In this document: positions 1 to 11,433 of the stretch, in pieces
Layout: the number at the start of each line of letters is the position of its first letter
How positions within the stretch are numbered: position 1 is the stretch's first letter
From: Paraglomus brasilianum
Taxonomy: Eukaryota
Length of the DNA stretch: 64,000 bases
NCBI GenBank assembly: GCA_910592345.1
Contig: CAJVPI010000056.1
Coordinates: 1-64,000, forward strand
Reading direction: 5' to 3'
Position numbers and translations under genes: made by a program
Notes under the pieces: generated by a model
The model's database searches: none
What the model saw: only the letters and a program-made list of their open reading frames with translations
What the model was told of the DNA's origin: nothing

Positions 1-315
1 ACCGAAGTATCTGCGATTTCGCTAACCGAAGTATCTGCGAATAGTCTGTAAGCGAACTATCTCAGACGTCAACCCGGCAAATATCAATATTCAACGTCGA
101 TAAAATAGAAAGATAATAAAATATGGATAGTATATAATTAAGTATCAAAAGGGAATTTGCAATAATTTTATTTCCTTGGATAAGAACAAATCCGTGGATT
201 ATTATTGATTATTTTCAAACAATGTATCGAACCGAACAATTTGACAATTTAACAACATGAACAACATAGACAACATGAGATTTTGATGATGAGAGAAGCG
301 CTACTTATATAAGAC

Positions 316-512
316 TACTATCACCAAAATTAGTGACCTGAAATTACTACTTTCGGTTTTGTGCTATCACCAATTTTCGTTACCGAAAATTACTATATCT
401 AACCGTTGTTTATATTTCGTACTATCACCAATTTCAGTGACCGATAATTACTAAGTTTAGCTATTGTTTGTACCTTGTACTATCACTAATTTCCGTTACT
501 GAAAATTACTAC
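316..512. repeat. Four degenerate copies of a ~35-bp unit (TACTATCACCAATTTxxGTxACCGAAAATTACTA), period 46/58/58 bp
   Basis: Copies start at 316, 362, 420 and 478. Intervening segments are 11, 23 and 23 bp. Confidence 0.85.
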
Positions 513-559
513 ATTTGAACTCTAGTGGGACAGTGCTAAAATTAGATCGCTGCGGGTAG

Positions 560-1020
560 TATTTTGACTGCGGAGGAAGATTTTATCACATGACTTCATC
601 GACTGAATCATCAGACCGACTCGTCGTAACAATACTACATCGACTTGCTTTTTTGCCTCGAAGTATGTCGCGGATGGGTGCCTAGAAAAATTACGACAAG
701 ACCATAAAAAGGAGCTATTCAATTTTATTAATAACGCGCAGGACATAACACAATTGGGAGTTTACGTGGAACATTGTTTGAAATGGTCACGCATACGATT
801 ATTCGCCAAGGAAAGTTTCAAGTACGGGGACTCACAAAAGAATGTAATGGATCTGAATACACTCATGATTTTTGAGTTTCTAGAAGAAAATTTTTTTGAT
901 GAAGTTAATGAGATATACGTACAGGGAGAAAAATATTTTCGACCAACTTCTAAAATTTTCGAGAGCATAGATAGTTATTCTCACCCAATAATCTATTTCA
1001 AGTAACTGTTGCTAAAAAGT
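560..1020 (+). pseudogene. Crinkler (CRN)-like protein C-terminal fragment, frameshifted
   Basis: Three frames give FASKYVADGCLEKL, then GSLRGTLFEMVTHTII (from 756), then YFRPTSKIFESIDS..YF. These resemble CRN C-terminal nuclease-fold motifs. Stops and frameshifts are present. Confidence 0.6.
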
Positions 1021-1076
1021 GTAGTATCAAGATTTAAGAGAAGAAGTCCGCATTTACTTTGTATATTTGCAAATTT

Positions 1077-1077
<1 letters not shown>

Positions 1078-1110
<33 letters not shown>
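1078..1110 (+). repeat. Poly(A)33 tract
   Basis: Uninterrupted A run followed by CCCCC. Confidence 0.95.
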
Positions 1111-1112
<2 letters not shown>

Positions 1113-1322
1113 CCCAGATTTATGAAAATAAGGGGAAGGAATCCTTGGATTAATGACATAAAACAGTTTGCATTGTGCATAAATCTGGAGTATTAATTGC
1201 AGACAAATTATAGAATGTGTTTAAATTCGATTAAAATGCAGGTCACGCATGGTTTTTAATATAGCAAAAGTAGATTGCTGAATGACAAAGCAATAAAAAT
1301 TAATATATAGGACTATCTGTAT

Positions 1323-2925
1323 ATGTTAAATAACAAATATAACGCTTCCACGGAATATAAAAAGGCAATACGTCTCTTGAATAATTGTGGTTGCTCAAAA
1401 AAGATTTCGAGAGAAAAGTTTGCCGAATTACGTGAGGCGTTTCAAGCTCTCTCTAGATCTGAGCAAGATGTATTTTTAATGGCCCAGCTGAATGCAATGA
1501 ATGGCGGAGAAATAACCGCCAGTTGACGTCTTAAAAGGAAAGCGCGTACTAATAAGCGAGCTTTTTATTATTGAAATCGTAATACGCCTCTTTTCCAGAA
1601 AACGTATCCCAATATGTTAGGGATTGGTCGCACTCACTTCGAAATCATTTGGCAACGAATGGTATAATACGATGAAAGACCAAAATAACCATTGATAAAG
1701 ACGTTGCTACAGCCGTGAAGAATTTTCTCGAGAACTATGCTGAAATACACGTACATGGATCACCGAGTTCTGGTAGAAATGTCAACCGAATTACGCAATC
1801 GCTTGTATTTCTACCAGCAGAAACGAGTTACAAATCGGTCTATCGCGATTTTATTGCAGGTCTTGAAACGATAGCAAGAACGGATTATGTGACACATGCC
1901 AACATTTTCGGAACGGCTTACAGGCAAGGAAGAAGAAGCAAGAGGTTTATTAAAAAAGTACAAAGGACATTTAGTTAAGGCTAAATTAGAGAAAAACTAT
2001 TACAACAAAAATACGAAATTAGCAGAAGAACAAAGAAAATTAATAGATGAGCATTTTATAACAAGAGGTAATGTAGCGTTTTACGATTGAGCACAAAATG
2101 TTCACGCTCCACATTCCGATCAACAGGTAAGTAAAATTTATTATCTTAGTCCGCGTAAAGTGCATTTATTTGGTATTCAAGATGAAGCAGTACGCGAACA
2201 AATTAATTACGTTCTCGATGAAGGCGAAATTATCGGTAAAGGCCCTAATGGTACGCTGAGCATGGTATTCGATGGGATTAAGAGACTGAATAAAGGTGAA
2301 AAGTATTTAAAGATTACTTGTGACAACGCGGGCGGACAGAATAAAAATAATGCTACTATATGATTTTACTTATATTTAGTAATTTGTGGTTATTATGAAA
2401 GTATCGAATTAAATTTTATGGTACCTGGACATACCAAATTCAAGTGTGATGGTAGTTTCAGGCTAATTAAAAAACTATACCGAAAAACAACGGTAGATTG
2501 TGTAAAACATATTGTCGAGGTTGTGAAAAAAAATCAAGTACAGCAGGATTAAACAAAGCTTAGTGTTATGAAAACGGCAAAGGCTTTCAATATTTAGATC
2601 TTAATTCCGTGTTAGGAATTTTCTTTAAAAAATTAAGTGGCTTACAAAAATATCAGCATTTTGTATTCGAAGCAGCCCAACCTGGAATTGTCAAAACTCA
2701 GCTGGTTGCTAAGGTGCTTATACTGAATTTAATCTGTTAAAAACCAGAAACGCAAGTGTTTCTCAAATTACTAAAGAAATTAAATCTTTTTCCATCCTAG
2801 TCCTAATCCCTCCTCATTTGGATTACAAAAGGCAAGAATATCTTTACCATCATATTCGCCCATTCGTTAGAGACGAATTCAAAGATATTACTTGTCCAAT
2901 GCCAACATACACCGGCAATGAATAA
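1323..2925 (+). mobile_element. Degenerate Sola-type (DUF7869-like) DNA transposase
   Basis: Motifs YD*AQNVH, VHLFGI, KGPNGTLSM, TCDNAGGQNKNN, FMVPGHTKFKCDGSF and C-terminal RQEYLYHHIRPFV..KDITCP. Several frameshifts. In-frame TGA at 1524, 1572, 2088 and 2361. Confidence 0.8.
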
Positions 2926-3097
2926 AATATATAGCATAACGTACCATCATGATTTCACCAACTTTTAATTTGTTCTTACAGTCATTAAGTTTTTTTGTCT
3001 AATTTTGAAATAAATATTGCTAACCTTTCCCGTTTTTAATTTGTAAAACGTAAATAAAAGGAATAATAATTAACATATAAATATATATTACTAGTAA

Positions 3098-4280
3098 TTT
3101 TATTTTTTTTATGGTATTTCTTGAAATTTCAAAGATGAAGATAATTACTTTGGAGAATATGTTGAAAATGGTAATGAAGTTTATACTTATAAAGGAATCC
3201 CAATATGAGATAATGAAATATATACCCTTCAAGAAGAACAAACGTGTGATTGATGTGGCAAACATAGTAAACAAGGGAAGTGGAGGGATGTTTCACTTTA
3301 CACATCTAAAAGAATAAAATGATTAAGAGACAAAAAAAAAGTTGATCTAAGTGGCAAGAAAACAACTTGAAGATGTAGCCAATGTTGTAATAAAATCTTT
3401 AGAGAACAAATGAGAGAAGGAGAATTGAAGAAAGCACAAAGGAATAGGAATAAAAGAAAGCCCATCAAAAACATAATCAACGTGTTGGCAATAAAATTAA
3501 TGCAGTTTAATCAGAATTAAATAAACAAAGAAAAACAATTTCTGATGTAACTAAAAATGTTTCTGGCAATACTATTTACCACTGAATAGGCTGACCTGTT
3601 TTTTTACTTTTGGCTGGTTATGTTATTAAAAAAGTTTATAGAGCAAAAACTAAGAAAAGAAAAGATACTAAAAACTATTTAGCTGAAATTCTGGCAATAT
3701 TTAAAGAATGGCAGTTAAATATGTATGCTTCTACTGGGGCTTATGTAGTTGGTTTTTATTTGATTAAAGAGGCGATTGATAAGTGAATTAACCCCCGCAT
3801 TAGTGGAATAATTGTGGACTATAAATTAACCACTATATCAGTAAGTTTGTTCGTGGGGGGGGGGGGCGGATTTTATTTAGATGGGGTTATTACTTCTTCG
3901 CTGAAAACTCCATTACAAAGATTAAGTACTAAAATAGAAAATGCTGATATCAATGAAAAAGTAAAGAAAAATTTGCTCTCTAAAACTCAAAAAGTAAATG
4001 AACTTTTTAAAGAAACTTTAAAAAGATTTGGATTGTTAGCAGTGTGGGTATTTTAACTAAATTAATAGAAGCATTCTGAAATAAACATTTTTAACCCTAT
4101 TAAGTTATGCAGTTCCTATTGCTGGAGCCCTCAAAATAATTTGAGATGTGGATAAAACTTTAAAAAGAATTAAAATCAAAGAAATAAATGATAGCAACAA
4201 TACTATTAACAATAGTGGTAGTAAAAAGATAATGAAATTTAAATTTGCACCGGAGTGACCAAAGAATAGGTTATACTCAT
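3098..4280 (+). pseudogene. Decayed AT-rich gene readable with genetic code 4 (TGA=Trp): CxxC..CxxC zinc-finger followed by hydrophobic segments
   Basis: Frame 3098-3520 is interrupted only by TGA (3122, 3206, 3251, 3320, 3368), giving GIPIWDNE, TCDWCGK and TTWRCSQC. Frame 3511-4056 is interrupted only by TGA (3583, 3592, 3784), giving YHWIGWPVFLLLAGYVIKK. No introns seen. Confidence 0.75.
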
Positions 4281-4535
4281 AAACGGCTCTGGGTCCCATG
4301 CAATCACTCTGGTGCTCTATTGTTATTTATATTTCAAATTTCAAGCGCGCGCATTCAATAATCGAAATAATAAAATTTATGCTTACGAAAAATTGAATTA
4401 TTTTTACATTGCTTGACTTTTTAATTGCATTGTGTCAAAGTAGCGAAATAAGATCGAGTAGTCTTATAGATCTGTGTTGACAAATCGCTCGATCAGTGGA
4501 GGCGTTGTGGGAACTTTTTACGCAAATTTATTTTC

Positions 4536-4796
4536 TTACGTTTCTTCAAGTTTTCGTTTCTTTCTTGGTTCATTATTAGTTAGGGTTAATGCTCGTTTAT
4601 TGTTTATTATTTTTCGTGCTTCTTGATAGATTTCATAAGTAATTTTTTCTTTATCTAGATATTCCTGGAGTGTTTGGGTATCATTGATTTTAAAAACGTA
4701 AGGTGCAATTTTTTCACCTTGTTCTTTCTTTAAAATGCTTCTAATAGTGCTGTAATTCTTTGGTTCCATAGTGGATTTAATGTAAATGAGTTTCAT
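4536..4796 (-). CDS. Small basic hypothetical protein (86 aa), function unknown
   Basis: ATG-started ORF with protein-like composition and a C-terminal PRKKRK basic cluster. No family recognised. Confidence 0.3.
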   Translation of the reverse strand: MKLIYIKSTMEPKNYSTIRSILKKEQGEKIAPYVFKINDTQTLQEYLDKEKITYEIYQEARKIINNKRALTLTNNEPRKKRKLEET

Positions 4797-4989
4797 ATTT
4801 ATATTTTTATATAGAGGTAGTCCTATATATTAATCCTGTTATGGTTTTTATTCCTCACATTCTGGTATGATAAAGTGAAAATTAAAAGTAATGTCCATAA
4901 GTTATGAATGGGCACCATTATTACTTTTCAAAACGTCATCAGTCACACTGATCAATTTTACAGCCACATCATAATCAGTCTCTCATTTA

Positions 4990-6240
4990 TAAAATGTTCA
5001 CTTTGTCTGGTTTTGTTGCAGTCTGCCCCATATTATTGTAGGTTTTCATTTGGATAAACTGGTTACATTATATACACTTTAATGTTCTGTTTTTTAGGGG
5101 TCAAAGACACATCCTCTATCTCCTCTGTCTATGGTCTTTCCTTCTGATACATCATCTGCTAGTCTTTCTTTACAAACTGATAAAGATAAGTTGAAGCCTA
5201 TACTATTACTATTACTTACAAACAAGCAAAGTATTTTCAGAGTCAACATCTATCTACATGGACACCAACAATTAGAAACTACCTTGGTAATGCATTCAAA
5301 GTAAATGAATTCTCTAGATTTTTATAATGTGTCTGCCAGATAAACCGAAACTTTTTGATCTCTACTACTACAGAAAGTGGGAAAACACTTCAAGGAGGCA
5401 ATTCAAGTCTTGTTTGAAAGTGACAGTGATGATGAACAATTTAGGCTCTTTTGTGAAAAGGTCTTACTTGAATTGTGAGTTCTCTCTTATTATTTCCTCT
5501 CAAACAGTACAATATCAATGAGTAATGTATAGCAAGTATGCTGAAAGCCATTTTTCTTCAACAAAGTTACAATATTGTAGACATTAACCCAGTAATATAA
5601 GTGAGCAGAAGTTTATTATATACCACATTGCACCACTTTTTAATACTATGAGACAACCTTTGGAACAGTAAAATTTGAGTGGATTGAAACACATGAGCAG
5701 GCTACAAAGATGGCAAAGTCAGAGATAATCAAGAAGTTTGGCATCTTGAAGTGGCTGGGCCACCTTTGCATCCCACTACAGATCACACTGCTGGAGATAC
5801 AAAAAAAAACAAAAACAAACACTTAGGACAGGTATCTTTAATTTGATGTCATTATTGAAAAATCACTTGGATTGTAAGATTGAGCTTGCAATTAATATGA
5901 ACTCTTGTTCCACAGACAGCTTACTAGCTTGATCAATCAATGCTATTCCGTTCCAGCTTAAGTGAACCGTTTATTATTATTGGAGTGTCCGGCCTAATAA
6001 TCGATTATTTCGATGATAGAAAATAAAATTTGTAGGTAAGTGCCAATTTATAGTCATGACAGCTAATGCTGGTAATTTGGAAATACTAATATTAAAAGCT
6101 GCAGAGAACAGATTAACTTTATATTCAATGAATATACTTGAAGATGGGCAATTTTTTGCAACTGAGTTGGCCACTGTTACAATACCTTTTACATTCAGTG
6201 GCCGTACAAAATATAATGGAATTCTCCGCTTAATGTGAAA
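4990..6240 (+). pseudogene. Decayed Mucoromycota-type restriction-endonuclease-fold (CRN-like) gene
   Basis: Fragments SEQKFIIYHIAPLF, FEWIETH, EVWHLEVAGPP..DHTAGDTKK and NRLTLYSM..DGQFFATELATVTIPFTF. Stops and frameshifts. Very few CpG. Confidence 0.5.
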
Positions 6241-6879
6241 CAAGATGTAATTTTAGATGAGATGGATCAGGAAGTGTTGTTGCCTGAAGGCAAAACTTGT
6301 TACGGTCGCGGATGGTCTGGGGTTTGGGAGAGCGATTAAATCTTTCGCGTAGGGATGTTCTTCCGACCGGGGATGTTACCAGATTAGCTTCGTGCTACCG
6401 CCCTTAATACGGTAGATGTTCAATTAAATTAAATGCGCGCTTTTCCCAATCCAACTACGATAATGTAGCGTGGCTCTAAGTTAGCGACAATAGCACGTAT
6501 AGCAGATGGGTCTAATCTACCTCCCACGAAAAGGGTAGTGCAACGGGAGCGAAATAATATATTAGACTGAAAATTGTGGTTGATGAGACATTACATCTTA
6601 TTCTTGCGCCGAAAACTTGCGTTTGAGAAACAGAATACGAGCAAGTTGCAACCATTAGATGCGGCAATTAATGAAATTTTCAACAAAAAGTGGACTAGCA
6701 TTTGGAAATTTGATGTATTCTGTTTCAACCATTGTTAATTACATGGCAGGAGTTCTTTTTTAAAGGGACAACGGTTTTATAATGATTGAGACTCCAGTAT
6801 ATCAAATCCGGGAAGGTAAACTTATCAGAGACGCATTCATACAGAGGAGCAGTTGATATTTTGATTCTAAGAGATTATA

Positions 6880-7647
6880 TTATGTTGACGTTTTATTAGG
6901 ATTACTTATGCTGACCTTGAGATCTTCTAAAAGCCCAGTTGGCAGGTGATACATCCATCCATGAATTTTTAACTTTTGTGGAACTGCCCATGCATCTTTA
7001 ACAACTTGGGTCTCAGCAAGTTTCTTCACCTGTTCTTTAACATTTAAATTGGCAAGCAACCCACTGAATGCACTGGAATCCTTTATGCCCTCGAACTCTT
7101 CAGCATGCTCTTTGTATATACTTTGTATAGGTTTAATCCACTTTTTCACATTTTCCGGCAGCTTATCGTTAGTAAAATTCTCGATACCCGCACACCCAGT
7201 ATGACCTTGTTAAAACCAAATATGTAAGTAATGGATAGATGGGATATCTCACAAGGTAGATTAGATTTCATACCGCATACGACTATATCCTCTACTTTGA
7301 GATTTTGTACAGCAAATTCGAGTACAGCCATACAGTTGGTGTCTTCTGGATCAAATTGATTTGCAACATTCCTGTTAACAAACAGTTGACCAAAGCCCAG
7401 TTGTGTAATGATTTCTGGTGAGACACGTGAATCGGCGCACCCTGTCGATTAATTAGATCAGATATCACACAGATCTCAGGTATCAGTAAACAATAGATGA
7501 ATAGATCTAATATTTACCAAACCAAAGAATCTTTGGCTCTTGGCCCTTGGATCGGTCTTGGAAAGAAGTCAAATCAACTTTTTTAGAATTGGCCCATATT
7601 TTATTGTTCTGAAGCACGGACAAGAGACCACTACGCAGTGACGCCAT
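6880..7647 (-). CDS. NCE103: Beta-class carbonic anhydrase (3 exons)
   Basis: GQEPKILWFG|CADSRV, RNVANQ, VVCG|HTGCAG (Cys/His/Cys zinc ligands) and IHGWMYHLPTGLL. Two GT-AG introns. Confidence 0.92.
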
Positions 7648-8271
7648 CACGCTACGATTATAGGCTTTAGTGATGATATTTGGTAAGAATATAACAAATA
7701 GTCTCTTGTTTCATACAACGGTTGTAGTTTTTTTCCAAGAAATTGGGGGGTATGGAAGGGGTTTTTATACGAAAGCTGACAGAGCATTAATTAGTACGGC
7801 GTTTGTGAGATCAGTTAGGCAATACTTTTGTGATATGATTCTATCTCGAACATCCATGTTGCACATAACGATAAGATCTCTCGTCTCGATTGTATGTGAT
7901 TGATGGCCAACTATTTGTATATTATTATTAGTATTAATGTCGGGTTCAATATAGTGTAGGTTGGAAATATATAATATTGCTGTCATGACAGTTGACTTTC
8001 TATTCCTCAGACTCGGGAATGCGAATACATGACGTGATAGTCAAGGCATTTTATTCATGCTATCTATATTCTTCAATATTGATTTCATCAGTTATCACAG
8101 TAATAGATCTGATTTTAAATATTCATAAAACTGATTTTTCCAGCCCATTACATCATAAATGTAATCAGATCCTACAGTTTACCTTAACCGGCAACTTATC
8201 AGCCAAACATTCTCTATGATCACGTGTCTGAAACTTTTTACATATCACATAGTCCCCTTGTCTAAATTATA

Positions 8272-9204
8272 ATGACCAGCCTTTCATTATTGCGAGCATC
8301 AAAACGCCTACACCGATTAAAACCTCGCAGTCTACCCACGAATACCCACCGTCAACTACATTCCCGACGCACAACTCTTCTCTGGACGGAAGAAGAGCTG
8401 GTAAAGCTTATTCGGGCTGTTAAAGATCATGGGTGCGAGTGGAAATACATTCAAGATAACGTCTTTCATGGAACGAGAAGTTCTCGTCAATTGAGCCGCA
8501 AATATGACCTTTGGGAGAAACGCCTTGAGAGCAATCCTATTTTGTTCTGGTACAGTGCTGCATCTCCAGCTGAAGACGAAGCATTGAAAGAATTAGTCCA
8601 ACAGCAAGGTGTAAAAACTCGATTGCCATGGACGATAATTGCTGAGAAATTTTCAAAAAACTTTCCAGAACGTTTACCTGAAACTCTTGCGGATCGATGG
8701 CGAAGATTAAGCGCTAATAAGCGTGGTAAATATTCGGAAAAAGAGGATCAATTGATAAGAGAGTTTTGCAAGGAGCATGGAGGTTCGTGGGCTAGGTTAT
8801 CGGCTATATTAAACAGACCTCAGCGAAGCCTTCGCGCACATTATGCTGATCTACAACTAAAGGAGGAGCGTGAGTCATGGTCACTTGACGAACATTATAA
8901 AATATGTGCTATTTTAAGAGAACATGGTCCAATTATGGACAAAATCGAAGAGGCATTCCCTCATAGATCCAAACCGTATCTGAAGTTGTTGGTAAAAAAA
9001 TTACTAAATAAAAAATGCAAATACGAGTATAATAGAGGGAGTTGGTTTCCTGCTGAGGTTAAGGCACTGAAAGAAGCTTGTCGTAAATATACTGGCACGA
9101 AAGGCTTATGGCGGAAAGTATCTGCTGCCGTCGAATCAAGAGGTGATGCACAATGCATGAGATATGTAATTGCCCGAGGTTGGAACAATTTTGTAAATAC
9201 GTGA
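8272..9204 (+). CDS. Multi-repeat Myb/SANT-domain protein (310 aa, single exon)
   Basis: WTEEE..L..AV..HG.EW, YSEKEDQLI..HGGSW and WFPAEVKAL..W..VS..V.SR...QC repeats. Confidence 0.85.
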   Translation: MTSLSLLRASKRLHRLKPRSLPTNTHRQLHSRRTTLLWTEEELVKLIRAVKDHGCEWKYIQDNVFHGTRSSRQLSRKYDLWEKRLESNPILFWYSAASPAEDEALKELVQQQGVKTRLPWTIIAEKFSKNFPERLPETLADRWRRLSANKRGKYSEKEDQLIREFCKEHGGSWARLSAILNRPQRSLRAHYADLQLKEERESWSLDEHYKICAILREHGPIMDKIEEAFPHRSKPYLKLLVKKLLNKKCKYEYNRGSWFPAEVKALKEACRKYTGTKGLWRKVSAAVESRGDAQCMRYVIARGWNNFVNT

Positions 9205-9539
9205 TAAACAATGGCATCTTTATACTTGATCTGAAAGAAAATAGGATATGTAGTGCTTCTATTTGTTTGGCGCGCTATTCTGACAATATATAAATAAAAA
9301 GATTTTACTCTACGGGCAATCTCTGTAAATTAAGGCTCAGCCCACTGACTTAGCAAACAAAGAAGTCAGTTACAAAAGCTGAATGAAAATAACTGATACT
9401 AATAAAAACTATAACTCTATATGATTCGTATCTTATCACAAATACACACGAGTGTTTTTAAATCCCGCACACCTCTCCCTCTTTCGCCAGTTCGTACAAA
9501 TTATTACGCACAGTTTACCCATAACAATTAAATCATGCT

Positions 9540-11433
9540 TTACTCTTCCTCAGATTCGCTCTCAACGGTCTTCAGCCAATGGATAAATGGCTCCATCTGC
9601 TTCAAGAAGACAGTCTTTCCTTGATTCTTGGCTCCTTTTTCTGCCCAATACAAGATAGCACTCTCAGAAATAACATCACTATTGTACAAAATCTGAACAA
9701 TTTGACGAAAATGCTTCATCAATTTAGCATCTTCGTAACAATAAACTTGAACCTTTTGAAGGAGTGCAAGCTCTGTCTTCGGGTTTGTACAGAACGCGGC
9801 AAGAACTTTTGACCAGTCCTGGAAATAGTATGCGTAAAAAAGAAGTGTTACAGTGTTAAACAAATCAGTCCTGACTGTCCCGCATAAATTTATAATTCAC
9901 ATTATCATCTATTTTTTATTTTACCTTGACTTGCCGCAAAGCTTGACTCTCAATCTGTTCTGGCCTTGAACTCCAGTCGACTGCCCCAATGAGGGCTTCC
10001 CAGACAATCTGCGCAAAATCTGCTTCCTGCCAACGGCTTTCCTTCATCTGATGTCTTAGGTAAGTAATAACCTCTGCCGGAGTGCTTTCCCCATCTAACA
10101 GCTCTTTCACATGTTCGATAGTTTGATCTTTCATTGCTGCCTTTTGTTTCTTATTGTGATATTCGACAAGTTGTTTCATATCTTCAGCCTCAAAATATCG
10201 AGCAAAGTATTCCTCATCGCGCTTGTTTGGTGGGAAGAATTCCATAAGTTTCTTATGGATACCGGCTCTTTCCAGTGATGAACCTAAATGATCAATACTT
10301 TGTTCATTCAGGTACGCCTTGAAGACAGACGTGACAAACTGTAGAGAAAGGCCTAATTAATATTTGTAATAATTTATGGAAGACAGAGAATAGGTGGGGC
10401 GTTAATGATCATCTCAGTCATGAATTTGTTTTTCTATCCAAAAGTTTATCTGTTCTTCGTTGAGGAAGATGCAACTCTTTACCTTCTTTGACTAAATGTT
10501 CTTTGAACAAAACAGTCAAAACATTGACATTGGCCAATCCCCCTGATGTAAGCAAGCCTATTGCAGTGGCTAACTTGTTGATTTCTTCAGTGCTCCATTT
10601 GTTAATATATTGAAGCAAGTTCCTCAAGGTATCTTCAAAGATGTGCTGCAAGTATCTATAACGACGGATAAGCTTATCGAAAACTTCGACGTGTTTCTTG
10701 ATAGTCTCGGTATTATCTTCTGCAGCGAAGATTGAAAATGGACTGCGTGGGGCTCCATCCTGACTGATGATTCCTCCAGGCGCTAGGATTAAAAGATATA
10801 AGTGTGTGGTGTCAGTATGTGCAAATCGTCAGTGTGAGATCCAGAATGTTCATATATGCATCTAATACGCCCAAATCGTCAGTGTGAGATCCAGAATGTT
10901 CATATATGCATACTAATACGCCGAATCTCTCTTATTTGTCCCCCCTCACGTGGCTGGTGATTCATGTGACAAAAGAATGCGCTAATGGACGATTCGCTTC
11001 AAGAAATATAATTGAATATACACATACCTAATATACCACCTGTCAAGAGAATTTCAAATAAAGTTTCGCCGTATTTGTGATATTCAAGGTCGTTTCCAGC
11101 ACGGTCTAACTGTTGAGCAATGTCCTCAAAGTCGCCAGGTTTGGCAGCAGTTAAAGCCTTTAAAATATTATCTCTGAATACTGTACAGTAAACAAAATCG
11201 AGTCATATTAAATAAAGGGCGCAAATAGTTCGACCTAACACACATACGCAAACATACCAGTTGGTTCGTACTTGGCTTGTGCTTTTTGCACACTCTGAAA
11301 GATAGAAAGACAAAGCTTAGCATACTAATCGATTAAAATCCCTGCCATAATGACATACCTTCTTAGTCTTGATTTTAACACCATGCAAAGCAGGTAAAGT
11401 CTTCGAGCTTGTACTGTTTTGTGTCCCACTCAT
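9540..11433 (-). CDS. BZW1: BZW/5MP eIF5-mimic protein (W2 domain), multi-exon
   Basis: N-terminal LHGVKIKTKK, LEYHKYGETLFEIL..GG, KLIRRYRYL, and C-terminal GKTVFLKQMEPFIHWLKTVESESEEE. Confidence 0.92.
10822..10922. repeat. 50-bp tandem duplication inside a BZW intron
   Basis: CAAATCGTCAGTGTGAGATCCAGAATGTTCATATATGCAT(A)CTAATACGCC at 10822 and 10872. Confidence 0.9.

Noticed and set aside
316..512. CRISPR array
   Set aside because: The repeats are degenerate, the spacers are short and partly similar to each other, there are no cas genes, and the context is eukaryotic.
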